Shown one piece after another: positions 1 to 9,487 of a DNA stretch of 64,000 nt; within the stretch, counting starts at the first letter, position 1, and the number at the start of each line of letters is the position of its first letter. The translations under genes were made by a program, and so were the position numbers. Below the pieces are notes generated by a model that was not told the origin of the DNA, made no database searches, and saw only the letters and a program-made list of their open reading frames with translations. Source of the stretch: an uncultured Chloroflexia bacterium (GTDB taxonomy: Bacteria; Chloroflexota; UBA6077; JACCZL01); contig CAVXYC010000014.1 in NCBI GenBank assembly GCA_963765765.1, positions 288,001 through 352,000 on the forward strand, read 5' to 3'.

Positions 1-192
1 TGCGAGGTATGACAGTGTGATGAGTGCCTCGAGGATTCGGCCGTATGGCTCCTCTTGTCCGCGCGACATCAGCACGTGATCGGTTGTCCAAATCGAGTCA
101 AACCCAAGCTCGTCCGCGGAGGAGGCGACTGCCTCCAGGTCTTCGCGCGTGCCCATGGTGCTGAAATTGGGCAGGATGACGCCAACCTGCAT
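1..192 (-). CDS. LLM-class (luciferase-like, probably F420-dependent) oxidoreductase, 5' part; runs off window start
   Basis: Manual translation from ATG at 192: MQVGVILPNFSTMGTREDLEAVASSADELGFDSIWTTDHVLMSRGQEEPYGRILEALITLSYLA. GFDSIWxxDH is the typical LLM motif. Not in the ORF track. Confidence 0.85.
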   Translation of the reverse strand, partial: MQVGVILPNFSTMGTREDLEAVASSADELGFDSIWTTDHVLMSRGQEEPYGRILEALITLSYLA

Positions 193-361
193 GGTGTGTG
201 CTCTCCCCAGAGTATTCGAGTCGCGGGCGACTCGGAATCAATCCTAGCTCATGTCGATGGAGCTCATACGTCCATCCGGGGGTGCGGGGTGAGCGCAAGA
301 ATTGAGGATGAGATCTGCCGGAATCAACCCATTTAATTTGCACGACAAGCGCACGATTTAG

Positions 362-370
362 TGCTAGACT
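362..370 (+). promoter_or_regulatory. Extended -10 promoter element (TGcTAGACT) for the zinc-ribbon gene
   Basis: TGn + TAGACT about 110 nt upstream of the start at 480, just before a structured leader; -35 is weak. Confidence 0.45.
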
Positions 371-479
371 GCTCGCGCTGGTTCGTTTCGGGAGCCCGTC
401 GACGGGCTTCGCCGGTGGCTCACCACCTTCCGAATTCCCTCACGCTAACGGAACCGCCAAGCCCACTGGAGAAGGTGTT

Positions 480-833
480 GTGAGCTACACCGATCAAACA
501 CTGACCTGCCGCGATTGCGGCGCTCTCTTCCCATTCACTGCGAGTGAACAGGAGTTTTACGCTTCGAAGGGATTTGATAATCCGCCGTCCCGCTGTCCGA
601 GCTGTAGGGCTGCCCGCAAGGCGCAGCGCAGCCAGGGCGGTGGCAGCGATTGGGGCTACTCAGATCGGCCGCGCGAACGGCAGATGTTTACAGTTGCCTG
701 CTCGAGCTGCGGTCAGGACGCACAGGTACCGTTTGAGCCAACCCAGGGTCGTCCGGTCTATTGCTCGGACTGCTTCAACAACCAGCGATCCGGCGGAGGC
801 GCGGAAGGCGGGCGCCGACAGTCCTACCGGTAA
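480..833 (+). CDS. Double zinc-ribbon protein (N-terminal zinc ribbon plus CxxC-x17-CxxC domain)
   Basis: LTCRDCG..FTASEQEFYASKGF.NPPSRCPSCR and CSSCG..AQVPFEP.QGRPVYCSDCF; purine-rich RBS region GGAGAAGGTG. Confidence 0.9.
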   Translation: MSYTDQTLTCRDCGALFPFTASEQEFYASKGFDNPPSRCPSCRAARKAQRSQGGGSDWGYSDRPRERQMFTVACSSCGQDAQVPFEPTQGRPVYCSDCFNNQRSGGGAEGGRRQSYR

Positions 834-867
834 AGACAAGGCGCCTCTTCTAAATTGAGAAGCCTTG

Positions 868-900
868 GGGTGAGGGTAGCAAGCTACCCTCACCCTTTTT
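868..900 (+). terminator. Rho-independent terminator
   Basis: GGGTGAGGGTAGC-AA-GCTACCCTCACCC perfect hairpin followed by TTTTT, between convergent genes. Confidence 0.85.
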
Positions 901-907
901 GATGCTG

Positions 908-1702
908 CTAAGGGTTCTCTTCTGAGGCATCAGCTATCAGTGCCTCACGTAATTTTTCGTACTGGGGCGGATACTGGGGTGAGAAGCGCATGAACTTCGG
1001 TACCGGATATCTGATCCCGGCCGCGTGGGTTGCCTCCAGGCCGTGGATCACCTCGTCTGACCAATCGAAGGGCATGGCAAAAATCATCTCGTCATCATCC
1101 GTCAAGCCAAATATGCGGTCGCCGGAGCAGGGTAAGATGTACTGCGGTTGTTGGGTGAGCAAGGTTCGGATGATGATCTCGGAGCAATCGATCCGGCCGG
1201 TGGATAGGCTGTTCAATGCGCCACCTCGACTGAACAGCGAGGCCTGCACGAGCCGCATGACCTGAGCTGAGTTGCCGTAAACGCACACCACCTGCGGCTC
1301 GAACTCCGCGCGGTCTAACGGAGCCATCAGAATGCCCACGTACTTTCCGTGCTCTAGCCTGGGAACCAGCTGCTCGGTGATCGCGCCGGCCTCAGCAGTC
1401 TCTGTGTAAAGTCCTTCGCACGCATGCCCCTCCGCCTGAAACGTGACTGGCGCAGAAAAGCCGAACGGCACGAAGACCAGGGGGCAGCTTAGATCGTCCG
1501 GGGTAACTTCAACCGCCCATCCATACCGACGACTTATACCGACGGCCTGACAGATGGTTACCTGCACTTCGAGGTCGCGGTGAGGTCGACGCACCCGCGC
1601 CGGGATGGGCTCGTCCGCGGTGACCATACGGATCGCGAGTGGAAACGTTGACGGTCGCACGTAGCGTGAGATCGCTGCGTCGAGGGTGGCCAGATCGCTC
1701 AT
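908..1702 (-). CDS. DUF169 family protein
   Basis: TFPLAIRM, TICQAVGISRRYGW, FEPQVVCVYGNSAQVMRL, PCSGDR motifs. Confidence 0.85.
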   Translation of the reverse strand: MSDLATLDAAISRYVRPSTFPLAIRMVTADEPIPARVRRPHRDLEVQVTICQAVGISRRYGWAVEVTPDDLSCPLVFVPFGFSAPVTFQAEGHACEGLYTETAEAGAITEQLVPRLEHGKYVGILMAPLDRAEFEPQVVCVYGNSAQVMRLVQASLFSRGGALNSLSTGRIDCSEIIIRTLLTQQPQYILPCSGDRIFGLTDDDEMIFAMPFDWSDEVIHGLEATHAAGIRYPVPKFMRFSPQYPPQYEKLREALIADASEENP

Positions 1703-1791
1703 GAGGTCAGTATAAGCGTCCTCCCTCTAAGCCGAGCCAACTGAGCGCTCGATAAGATGGCAACTGACACGCAAAGACAGGAGACATACCC

Positions 1792-2175
1792 ATGCCGAGA
1801 AGAGAAGTCCTGGCCGCACCCGGAATGTTCATGCACGAAAACCCTATTCCTACGGCCATTAAGATGGGCCAATTTGTGTTCTCATCTGCGCTTCCCGGCA
1901 TCGAGCCGGATACGCAAGCGGTTCCCGATGATCCCGCGCGCCAGATGACACTCGCCTTTGAGCAGGTACGCCGCACGATGGAAGCAGCCGGTGGTACACC
2001 CAGTCATATCGCAAAGATGACGATATTCCTGAAGGATTTGAAGTACCGCTCTCTGGTGAACGATGAATGGCTGAAGATGTTCCCGGACGCGACGGACCGC
2101 CCGGTTCGTCACGCTATTCAGCTGGACCTGCCCCGCGGCTACATCGTCCAAGTAGAGATTATGGCGATCATCTAA
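1792..2175 (+). CDS. RidA/YjgF/UK114 family protein
   Basis: QMTLAFEQVRRTMEAAGG, KMTIFLKD, VNDEWLKMFPD..RPVRH, VQVEIMA; RBS AGGAG. Confidence 0.85.
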   Translation: MPRREVLAAPGMFMHENPIPTAIKMGQFVFSSALPGIEPDTQAVPDDPARQMTLAFEQVRRTMEAAGGTPSHIAKMTIFLKDLKYRSLVNDEWLKMFPDATDRPVRHAIQLDLPRGYIVQVEIMAII

Positions 2176-2318
2176 ACGGGACTGGTGTCGGACGACGCGA
2201 GCCGCATCACGTTGGCGGAGCTCACTCAATCGAGAAGGATCTGGTCGGCATTCCCGGCAGTTCCGATAGTGTCCGGCACCCTCGGCGTCATTCGAGGTCA
2301 ATCGATTGTCGTCCGTAT

Positions 2319-2348
2319 TTGACACGCATGACTGAAAGACCGTATGTT
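2319..2348 (+). promoter_or_regulatory. Sigma70-type promoter candidate for the TPR gene
   Basis: TTGACA (2319-2324), 18 nt, TATGTT (2343-2348). Confidence 0.45.
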
Positions 2349-2402
2349 GGGTCGGATGTTGTGACGCGTTTGTGACATTCTCTACAGGGCGAAGCTCGAT
2401 CT

Positions 2403-3599
2403 ATGATGTACACCCGCCGACGAAAAGGCACCTCCTGGTCCGTACTTCTCGGGGTTTTCGGCCTCGGCGTAACAGTGACATTTGCCGCGTCGCCCCTGCT
2501 CGGTGGGCCAGTGGCGGGTCCCATCTTCGGGCTCGCGGAGCGCCTTGGACACCGATCGTCGGCTGTCACCAACGAGGACCCGGACACCGACGACCCTGAT
2601 TCATCCTTACTTGCCGTGAGCGATGTCACGCGGCTGGTAGAAGATGGAACGCGTTCTATGCAGGCGGGTCGGTGGCAAGAAGCCTTTCAGGCATTTGACC
2701 GCGCAACCGAGCTCGAGCCGCGTGACAGCATTGCGCTGAGTCGGGGCGCACGGGCATTGCTGAACCAGAACAAGTCGACCGAGGGTCTGGAACGCGCTCG
2801 ACGGGCCTACGAAATGGCGCCGACATCAGCTGAGGCCAACCGCGTACTCACCCTGGCGCTCGATTGGAACAATCAATTCGACGCGGCGATCGCGGCTGGA
2901 GCTCGGGCCGTTGCAGCAGAGCCTACGAACGCAGATGGGCACGCGCTACTGGCGGAAGCGTTCGTGGACGCGTACAGGCTGCGAGAGGCAGACGAAGCAA
3001 TTGCTCGGGCTAGCGAGCTGAATGATCGCAATCCCGATGTTCACCGAGTCAAGGGCTACCTGGCGGAAAGCCGCGCAGAGTACGAAGCGGCAATCATCGA
3101 GTATCAACGCGCCGTGGAGCTGGCCCCCGGTTACTCTTACCTGTACCTGAATCTTGGCCACGCGTTACGCGTATCGAAGCGCTATGGCGAAGCTCGAACT
3201 GCATTCGTACGTGCAGCGGAGCTAAATCCGCAGGACGCGCGGCCTGTTGGTGGGCTCGGTATGATTGCATACGCCATCGAGGACTACGAGGGCGCCAAAA
3301 GTTACCTCCGCCAGGCAATCAGCATTGATTCGCACTATGTAACCGGCCATGCGCAGCTCGGCTGGGTGTTCTACGTCCTGAAACAGTACGAGCAAGCGCT
3401 TCCCAATTTTGAGCGCGCAATCGAGCTCGAGAAAGATCGCTCTCGCCTCGCGCAATACCTTCATGCGGTGGGCTGGGTGCACCTCCACGCGCAACGTTTC
3501 CAGGAGTCACGCATGGCCTTCGACAACGCTCTGAAGCTTGCTCCGGATCTGGTTGGAGCACGTGAGGGGCTGAAAGCGCTTGGCCACCGCGGCCGCTGA
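2403..3599 (+). CDS. Membrane-anchored or secreted tetratricopeptide repeat protein
   Basis: Hydrophobic N-terminus followed by many 34-aa TPR units (A...F.RA.EL.P, YLNLGHAL, HAQLGWVFY). Confidence 0.9.
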   Translation: MMYTRRRKGTSWSVLLGVFGLGVTVTFAASPLLGGPVAGPIFGLAERLGHRSSAVTNEDPDTDDPDSSLLAVSDVTRLVEDGTRSMQAGRWQEAFQAFDRATELEPRDSIALSRGARALLNQNKSTEGLERARRAYEMAPTSAEANRVLTLALDWNNQFDAAIAAGARAVAAEPTNADGHALLAEAFVDAYRLREADEAIARASELNDRNPDVHRVKGYLAESRAEYEAAIIEYQRAVELAPGYSYLYLNLGHALRVSKRYGEARTAFVRAAELNPQDARPVGGLGMIAYAIEDYEGAKSYLRQAISIDSHYVTGHAQLGWVFYVLKQYEQALPNFERAIELEKDRSRLAQYLHAVGWVHLHAQRFQESRMAFDNALKLAPDLVGAREGLKALGHRGR

Positions 3600-3605
3600 G
3601 CCAGT

Positions 3606-3722
3606 CCCCTAACCCCTAACCCCTAACCCCTAACCCCTAACCCCTAACCCCTAACCCCTAACCCCTAACCCCTAACCCCTAACCCTAACCCTAACCCCTA
3701 ACCCCTAACCCCTAACCCCTAA
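3606..3722. repeat. Tandem heptamer repeat (CCCCTAA)n / (TTAGGGG)n, 17 units
   Basis: Counted 15 CCCCTAA units plus 2 CCCTAA units (3683-3694), intergenic, immediately after the TPR stop. Confidence 0.97.
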
Positions 3723-3829
3723 CAAATTGTGATCCAACTGCAATCCGAGACCCCCTCAACAACGACGCCAGTGGCGGTATCGTTCGCTCCGCGATACTTT
3801 GACGGGGCGCGCTGGCCATGGCCCGCGAT

Positions 3830-3858
3830 TTGCTCCACATGACCGGGTGCGGTATAAC
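3830..3858 (+). promoter_or_regulatory. Sigma70-type promoter candidate for the GalT-like gene
   Basis: TTGCTC, 17 nt, TATAAC, ending 23 nt before ATG 3882. Confidence 0.55.
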
Positions 3859-3881
3859 CCGCCACCTCTGAATGCTGCTTC

Positions 3882-5015
3882 ATGTCTAATCGCATACCCG
3901 CCTCCAGCTCGCAGCCCTCTCAGCGGTTCACGCCGCGACCGACGGTCTCCGACCTCGAACAACTAGTTGGCGCGCTTTCAGCCCCGGACCAATCGCGGAT
4001 CGCCCGACTGTTTCAGATCGTGACCTCAACAGGGCATCTCGATGCACCCCAGTCAATGCACCCGTGGATAGAAGGTCTCTTCGGTTCGGTCTCCGCGGTA
4101 GAAGCCCAACGGATCGTCCGCACCACGAACCTTGTGACCTATGAAGGCACGCTGTTCAACGAGCTACGGGCTTCACGGCCAATTGAGACAGAGATCCCTG
4201 AGGAGCTCGGCACAATCGTGACAAGCGGGACTGGGGATCCGTTCTGCCGCCCTCTGGAGGGAACGCCCTCAGATGCGTTCGGCCGGGTCCAGGGTGAGCG
4301 CAGTATCACCGCAAGCAACATCGCTAAGTACGATGCGCTCCACAGCGTCATCATATTCGACCAGCACAATCCTTTGGCGCTGTCCCGTGAGCTGATTGAC
4401 GATGCCTTTGACGTTGGATCCCGCTGGGCGGAAAAGGCTGTTGAGTACGATCCGCTGGCTTGCTACTACTTCTTGATGTGGAACTGCATGTGGAAGAGCG
4501 GCGCGTCCATTCTTCACGGTCATGCTCAGATCACATGCACGCGCGACCGTCACTACGCCCGCGTGGAGCAGCTTCGAGCGGCAGCCGAGCGATATCAGGC
4601 CCAGCACAACGTGAACTATTTCAAGGACCTCGTCGAGGCGCACAAGTCAATGGGGCTGACGATCAATCGCGGTCCATCGACAATCATGGCGAGCCTCACT
4701 CCGATAAAGGAGAAAGAGGTCTGGATCCTAGCCGATGAGCACTCCAACGATCTGAACGGCGTAATTTACGATGTGCTGGAGTGTTTCACGCGAAAACTAG
4801 GCGTGGTCAGCTTTAACCTGGTGGCATACATGCCGCCGCTCCGACCCGTTGCCGAGAGCTGGGAAGGCTTCCCCTTCATCATCCGAATCGTGGATCGCGG
4901 GCCGCTAGCAAATAAGACCGCTGACTTCGGTGCCATGGAGCTCTATGCCAGCAGCGTCGTCTCCAGCGATCCGTTCCGAATCATCGAAGCCCTGGACGAG
5001 CACATCGACGAGTGA
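3882..5015 (+). CDS. GalT-like nucleotidyltransferase (HIT superfamily)
   Basis: GASILHGHAQ matches the GalT-type GAS-x-x-HxHxQ motif; DPFC and SNIAKYD upstream. Confidence 0.75.
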   Translation: MSNRIPASSSQPSQRFTPRPTVSDLEQLVGALSAPDQSRIARLFQIVTSTGHLDAPQSMHPWIEGLFGSVSAVEAQRIVRTTNLVTYEGTLFNELRASRPIETEIPEELGTIVTSGTGDPFCRPLEGTPSDAFGRVQGERSITASNIAKYDALHSVIIFDQHNPLALSRELIDDAFDVGSRWAEKAVEYDPLACYYFLMWNCMWKSGASILHGHAQITCTRDRHYARVEQLRAAAERYQAQHNVNYFKDLVEAHKSMGLTINRGPSTIMASLTPIKEKEVWILADEHSNDLNGVIYDVLECFTRKLGVVSFNLVAYMPPLRPVAESWEGFPFIIRIVDRGPLANKTADFGAMELYASSVVSSDPFRIIEALDEHIDE

Positions 5016-5130
5016 GCAGCGGGCAGCGGATAGTAACGCTTCGCTCTTCGCTGGATGATTCTCATTATGCGGCGCAGCTTCCAGCGCTGGCTGAGCGCCG
5101 TTCCGATCTATTGCTGATCGCCTTCAGTGC

Positions 5131-6222
5131 TCACCTGTTCGCGTATCCGGTCAGCTCAACGTAGCCTACGCCGGCAACCTGACGGCCATTGCTCCAGCCG
5201 GTAACCGTGTTCTCGCCTTCCCAGTAGGTCTGACCGGTGGTGCCTTCAGTGACAAGCTCCTGGTCCAGAACCACGGGTTCAAAGACGAGCTCCAGTAGCG
5301 GATCTCTGACCCGAACCGTCCAGCCGATCGGGTAGCGTGCGCCACTCCGGGTGCTCACCCATGAGCCACGAGGCTCCAGGCTGAATGCACTCGCCGGCAG
5401 GTGTCGAACCGAGCCGTCTGGCCCTACATAGGTTCCGTACGCAAGCTGAGTAATTCCGCGGTCATCGCGGATGGTGTTAAGCATAATGTCGGAGCCATCA
5501 GTAAGCTGGGCGCTGATCCAGTCCCAACCGCCGCCCAGCACCAGAAAATTACCCCACTGGTGATCGAACCAGGCCACCCCAGTCACACGCTTCTGTACAC
5601 CGTGATCATCGATCACACCCTGGATCTCCAGCCGCGTTCGGGTGACGTAGTAAGAATCGCCCGCGGGTCCGAAGGAGATCAGTCCATCATCGTCGTGTAG
5701 AACGGCGGGTTTCCGTGGGCGAAGCGTCAGATCGATCGCATAACGAGGCATGCTGGCGCTTAGAAAATTGTCGCCCTCACCACCGACCATGCGCCAGCCG
5801 TTGACGTCCAGATCGAATCCGTCCTGGCCTACTTGCTTGCTTCCAGTGATAGACCGTTGGTCGTACTGAAAGTCGCGTCGCTGATGATCCGTGATTGCGA
5901 AGTGACCGACGTATGCCGTGGGCAGATTGCCGCGAATTGCCTGGAACGTGACCAGCTCAAACCCGAAGCGCTCACCCGTGTCGGTTGAAAGGTGCCCCGT
6001 GTAATACCACCACTCAGTCAGATAGTCGTGCGGCGCATCGTCAGCCGGAAGCGACACTTCGGGATACGCGATCGCCGGCCGGGGAGGGGTATCCGCTAGC
6101 GGCTCCACCGGCCCGGCGCACGACGTCAGTAGCATGGATACGCAAACCAACCCAATAACGTGCAGGCCAATACGACGTCCGGAGGTCGCCCGGCGTGTTT
6201 TGCGATCCGTAGACGCTGCCAT
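5131..6222 (-). CDS. AttH/CrtC-like (lipocalin-like) lipoprotein
   Basis: Lipobox LLTSC; H..TEWWYYTGHL, FGFELVTF, SYY.T.TR, GVAWFDHQWG, YWEG, GYVELTGY. Confidence 0.88.
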   Translation of the reverse strand: MAASTDRKTRRATSGRRIGLHVIGLVCVSMLLTSCAGPVEPLADTPPRPAIAYPEVSLPADDAPHDYLTEWWYYTGHLSTDTGERFGFELVTFQAIRGNLPTAYVGHFAITDHQRRDFQYDQRSITGSKQVGQDGFDLDVNGWRMVGGEGDNFLSASMPRYAIDLTLRPRKPAVLHDDDGLISFGPAGDSYYVTRTRLEIQGVIDDHGVQKRVTGVAWFDHQWGNFLVLGGGWDWISAQLTDGSDIMLNTIRDDRGITQLAYGTYVGPDGSVRHLPASAFSLEPRGSWVSTRSGARYPIGWTVRVRDPLLELVFEPVVLDQELVTEGTTGQTYWEGENTVTGWSNGRQVAGVGYVELTGYANR

Positions 6223-6224
6223 TC

Positions 6225-8594
6225 TCAACTCTTCACTCTTAAATCCTTCATTCGTCCCGGTGCCCACCAGTTCCAGTCGCCCAGCAGCCGCATCGTCGCG
6301 GGCACCAGCAGCGCTCTCACCACCGTGGCATCCAGGAGCACGGCGATGGCTGTGCCAAGTCCGAGCGCCTTAATGAGGATAATATCCGCCGCAACAAACG
6401 ATGCCGAGACCAGCACAATAATCGCCGCCGCGCTGGTGATGATTCGTCCGCTTCGCTCCAGGCCTTGAGCCACGCTCTCCCGGTTGTCGCCCGTCTCCAG
6501 ATATGCCTCGCGGATACGCGCGAGCAGAAAGACCTCGTAATCCATTGAAAGTCCAAACAGGACACAGAACAACACAATGGGAAGCGATGCTTCCACGAAT
6601 CCAAGCGGTTGGAAGCCCAGCAGTCCGCTGAATGCGCCTTCCTGGAACACCACGACTAGTGCGCCATAGCTCGCGGTGATCGACAACGCGTTCATCATGA
6701 TTGCCTTGAACGGCAACACCACTGAGCGGAAGGTCCACAGCAGCACGAAATACGTTGCGCCGACGACGAACACGAGGGCCCTCGGGAAGTCGGCGTAAAG
6801 CGCGTCTACGTAGTCCACAACACCGGCGGAACCACCACCCACCAGCGTCTCCATGCCGCCACCCACCGGTGTTGCGCGAATACTGCGAACCAGTGACTTT
6901 GCCTCGGCAGTGGTCTGACCTTCACGAGCAACCACGCGCAAGAGCGTGAGCGGCTCTCGCGTGAAGACGCCGGCCGCCGCCTTGGCGAACCCCTCATAGA
7001 CTCTGCCGGAGTCGCGGTACAGGAGCTGATACTGCTCGCGTGTCAACCGCGGGTCCAGCGTGACCATAGAATCCACACGCGCCACCCGTGGATCTGCCTC
7101 GATTCTCCGCGCGAAATCCGCCAGATTGCCGATACGCTCAGGCGTATACAGCGTGTCCTGAGCCTGCACTACCACCAGAATCGGCGCAATCTCACCGGCT
7201 CCAAACCGGTCGCTCAGGAGATCGAATCCCTGGCGAGACTGCACATCGCGCGGAAGGATCGAAGCATCCGGCGCGCCGAGATCCACGCGTAGGAATGGCG
7301 CCCCGAGGAACAACAAGCCGACCACCACAACGGCGAACACCGGCCAGGGCCGAGCCATCACTACTTGGGCAACACGGTGCCACAGTCCCGAGCGCCCTCG
7401 GGGCGGGCGCAGGACCGTGAGTGCGTCCACCCGACGGCCCAGGATTGCCAAAAGCGACGGCAGGAGGGTGAGCGCAGCCAGCACGCACAGACCAACGACG
7501 ATGGCTCCCGCGATCCCCAGCGAACGCATCGCCATGACATCAAACGTCATGAGACCAAGGAGGCCTAGCAGCACGGTGAGTCCTGAGATCAGAACGGCAC
7601 GGCCGGCTGTCGACATGGTGACAGCCAGAGCATCTGCGACTCCCGAAGACGACGGAGGACGGTCAACGGACAACGGAGCCGGTGCCGTGGCAATTGCCCC
7701 TCGTCCTCTGTTGCTGGCCTTTGGTTCACCCAGGAGCTCCTCGTCCGTCATCCGTCGTCCAGGGTTTCGAATCAACTCCTCCCGGAATCGGCTCACGATG
7801 AACAGTGAGTAGTCGATGCCCAGACCAAGGCCGAGCATGGTAACGAGGTTCAGAGCGAAGATCGAAAGATCGGTAACGTTGGAAATGAGCGCAATGGCGC
7901 CGAGTGTCGCTGCTACTGCTGCTCCCCCCACGATGGCCGGCAGCGCCGACGCCACAAGTGATCCAAAAAGAAAAATTAGCGCGAGACCGGCAAACGGAAA
8001 CGAGATCAGCTCAGCGCGTCTGAGATCGCGCTCGGTAACTTCCAGAATGTCTGAGAAGAAAACCGGCGCGCCAGTCAGCACCATATTCAGCTCGGTAGGC
8101 TGAAGCGCCGCCTTGACGGCGGGAAGAGCTTCCCGAAAAGCCTCAGGACCTACATTAAGCGCGATGGACGCATATGCCGAATGCCGATCTGGCGCCGCCT
8201 GCAGAGCGTTCTCGCGCTGGGTAGTGATGGAGGCCACGCCTGCGAGGTTCCGGACTTGTGCGAGGGATGCATCCATAGCAGCAAGGAAGCGCGGATCGTC
8301 AGTCGTCCACTCATCACTCGTATAGACCGCCACCAGCGTTGCCGGGCTGGACTGAAACGCGGCCTGCAGCAGGTCCCCCGCCCGCTGTGCTTCATCGGTC
8401 GGACTACTAAAGCCGCCCGGCTGGAGCCGACGCACCGCGGTGGGGGCGAAGGGCAAACACACCAGAATAAGGACGGCCCAGAAGCCAATCACCCAACGGT
8501 GATATCGATAGATCCAATACCCAGCGGATGCAAATCCGCCCGATGTCGCCGCATGGGCTGCCACGAGACGAGGATACAAAAACTTCGCCACCAA
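6225..8594 (-). CDS. MMPL family (RND-like) transporter
   Basis: GLGLGIDYSLFIVSRFREE, TAGRAVLISG, FGLSMDYEVFLLARIRE, GRIITSAA, LDATVVRALLVPA..LLG.WNWWAP. Confidence 0.95.
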   Translation of the reverse strand: MVAKFLYPRLVAAHAATSGGFASAGYWIYRYHRWVIGFWAVLILVCLPFAPTAVRRLQPGGFSSPTDEAQRAGDLLQAAFQSSPATLVAVYTSDEWTTDDPRFLAAMDASLAQVRNLAGVASITTQRENALQAAPDRHSAYASIALNVGPEAFREALPAVKAALQPTELNMVLTGAPVFFSDILEVTERDLRRAELISFPFAGLALIFLFGSLVASALPAIVGGAAVAATLGAIALISNVTDLSIFALNLVTMLGLGLGIDYSLFIVSRFREELIRNPGRRMTDEELLGEPKASNRGRGAIATAPAPLSVDRPPSSSGVADALAVTMSTAGRAVLISGLTVLLGLLGLMTFDVMAMRSLGIAGAIVVGLCVLAALTLLPSLLAILGRRVDALTVLRPPRGRSGLWHRVAQVVMARPWPVFAVVVVGLLFLGAPFLRVDLGAPDASILPRDVQSRQGFDLLSDRFGAGEIAPILVVVQAQDTLYTPERIGNLADFARRIEADPRVARVDSMVTLDPRLTREQYQLLYRDSGRVYEGFAKAAAGVFTREPLTLLRVVAREGQTTAEAKSLVRSIRATPVGGGMETLVGGGSAGVVDYVDALYADFPRALVFVVGATYFVLLWTFRSVVLPFKAIMMNALSITASYGALVVVFQEGAFSGLLGFQPLGFVEASLPIVLFCVLFGLSMDYEVFLLARIREAYLETGDNRESVAQGLERSGRIITSAAAIIVLVSASFVAADIILIKALGLGTAIAVLLDATVVRALLVPATMRLLGDWNWWAPGRMKDLRVKS

Positions 8595-8833
8595 CCTGCG
8601 GATTAAGCGGTGATGCTTACGTCAACCCCTCGGTCTTTGCGCACGCACCGTTGTTTAACTGTGGCGGATCTCGGCGCATTCCGGACGGCTGAAAGGCGAT
8701 CTCAATATCTCTGTACCGCCCTGCCTCTGCGCCAGGGGAGCAAAGCCACCGTGGTGCACGGTCAACTGCCGCCTCCCCCACCACGTGGACCACCTCCATG
8801 CACTCTGGTAACATTCACCGTACACATACGCAT

Positions 8834-8908
8834 GGGCCTGTGGCGCAGCGGGAGCGCGCTTCCTTGGCATGGAAGAGGTCAGGGGTTCGATTCCCCTCAG
8901 GTCCACCA
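8834..8908 (+). tRNA. tRNA-Ala(GGC)
   Basis: Acceptor stem GGGCCTG/CAGGTCC with the G3:U70 Ala identity pair, anticodon arm CTTCC-TTGGCAT-GGAAG, GGTTCGATTCC T-arm, encoded CCA. Confidence 0.97.
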
Positions 8909-8923
8909 GAATTGACATTCATG

Positions 8924-8946
8924 AGCCCTTCGGGGCTCGTTTCGTT
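8924..8946 (+). terminator. tRNA terminator hairpin
   Basis: GAGCCC-TTCG-GGGCTC followed by GTTTCGT. Confidence 0.7.
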
Positions 8947-8974
8947 CTCAGGATTGCGGCCTCGGCATTGAGGC

Positions 8975-9117
8975 TGCACAAATTGCTGCCCTTCGCGGGC
9001 GCTGGCGGAATCCTCGCCGGCAGCTCGACCGTCACACCGGGCTATCCCATTTCCGATCCGCGAAGCGTCATGCTGAAAGGCATCGCCGAGCCCGCAGATG
9101 TCGTCACAGTCAAGTAG
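8975..9117 (+). pseudogene. Remnant resembling the C-terminus of a class III adenylate/guanylate cyclase
   Basis: AGAGGILAGSSTV..YPISDPRSVMLKGIAEPADV resembles the A.GG.IL.S...LKG..EP cyclase tail; no N-terminal part. Confidence 0.4.
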
Positions 9118-9487
9118 CGCCGATCGCCTATTTTCGGTGACATTGAAGCTCCGCGGACTCTCGTAGAGTCGCGCTGTGCTTCTCTTCGCTCATCGCTCGG
9201 CCAAACATGTAACAGCAGTGACCAGCCACTGTACCGTTGGATGTCACCGGGGATTAGAAGACTGGACGGGCGCCATTGGCCTCGTGCGCGCCAGGGTGCA
9301 CTACCCCAAATATGACACGCATTGGGGCATGCGCTAGGTCATGATGAGCCGTAAGATCAGCCGACACGGAGAGCTTGATCGTCATCGATGCCGCACCAAT
9401 CTGCCCCGCTGTGGTCAATTACATGGCCAGGCATTTGCGCGTCCACGACGCGCTGACCGGAGCTCTCAAATGAGCGGTGCCTTTTCA

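Noticed and set aside
3606-3722. Repeat considered as a CRISPR array or a true chromosome telomere
   Set aside because: No spacers and no cas genes; it is internal, with intact bacterial genes on both sides.
8655-8918. ORF MSILVDLRGIEPLTSSMP...
   Set aside because: Antisense translation of the tRNA gene.
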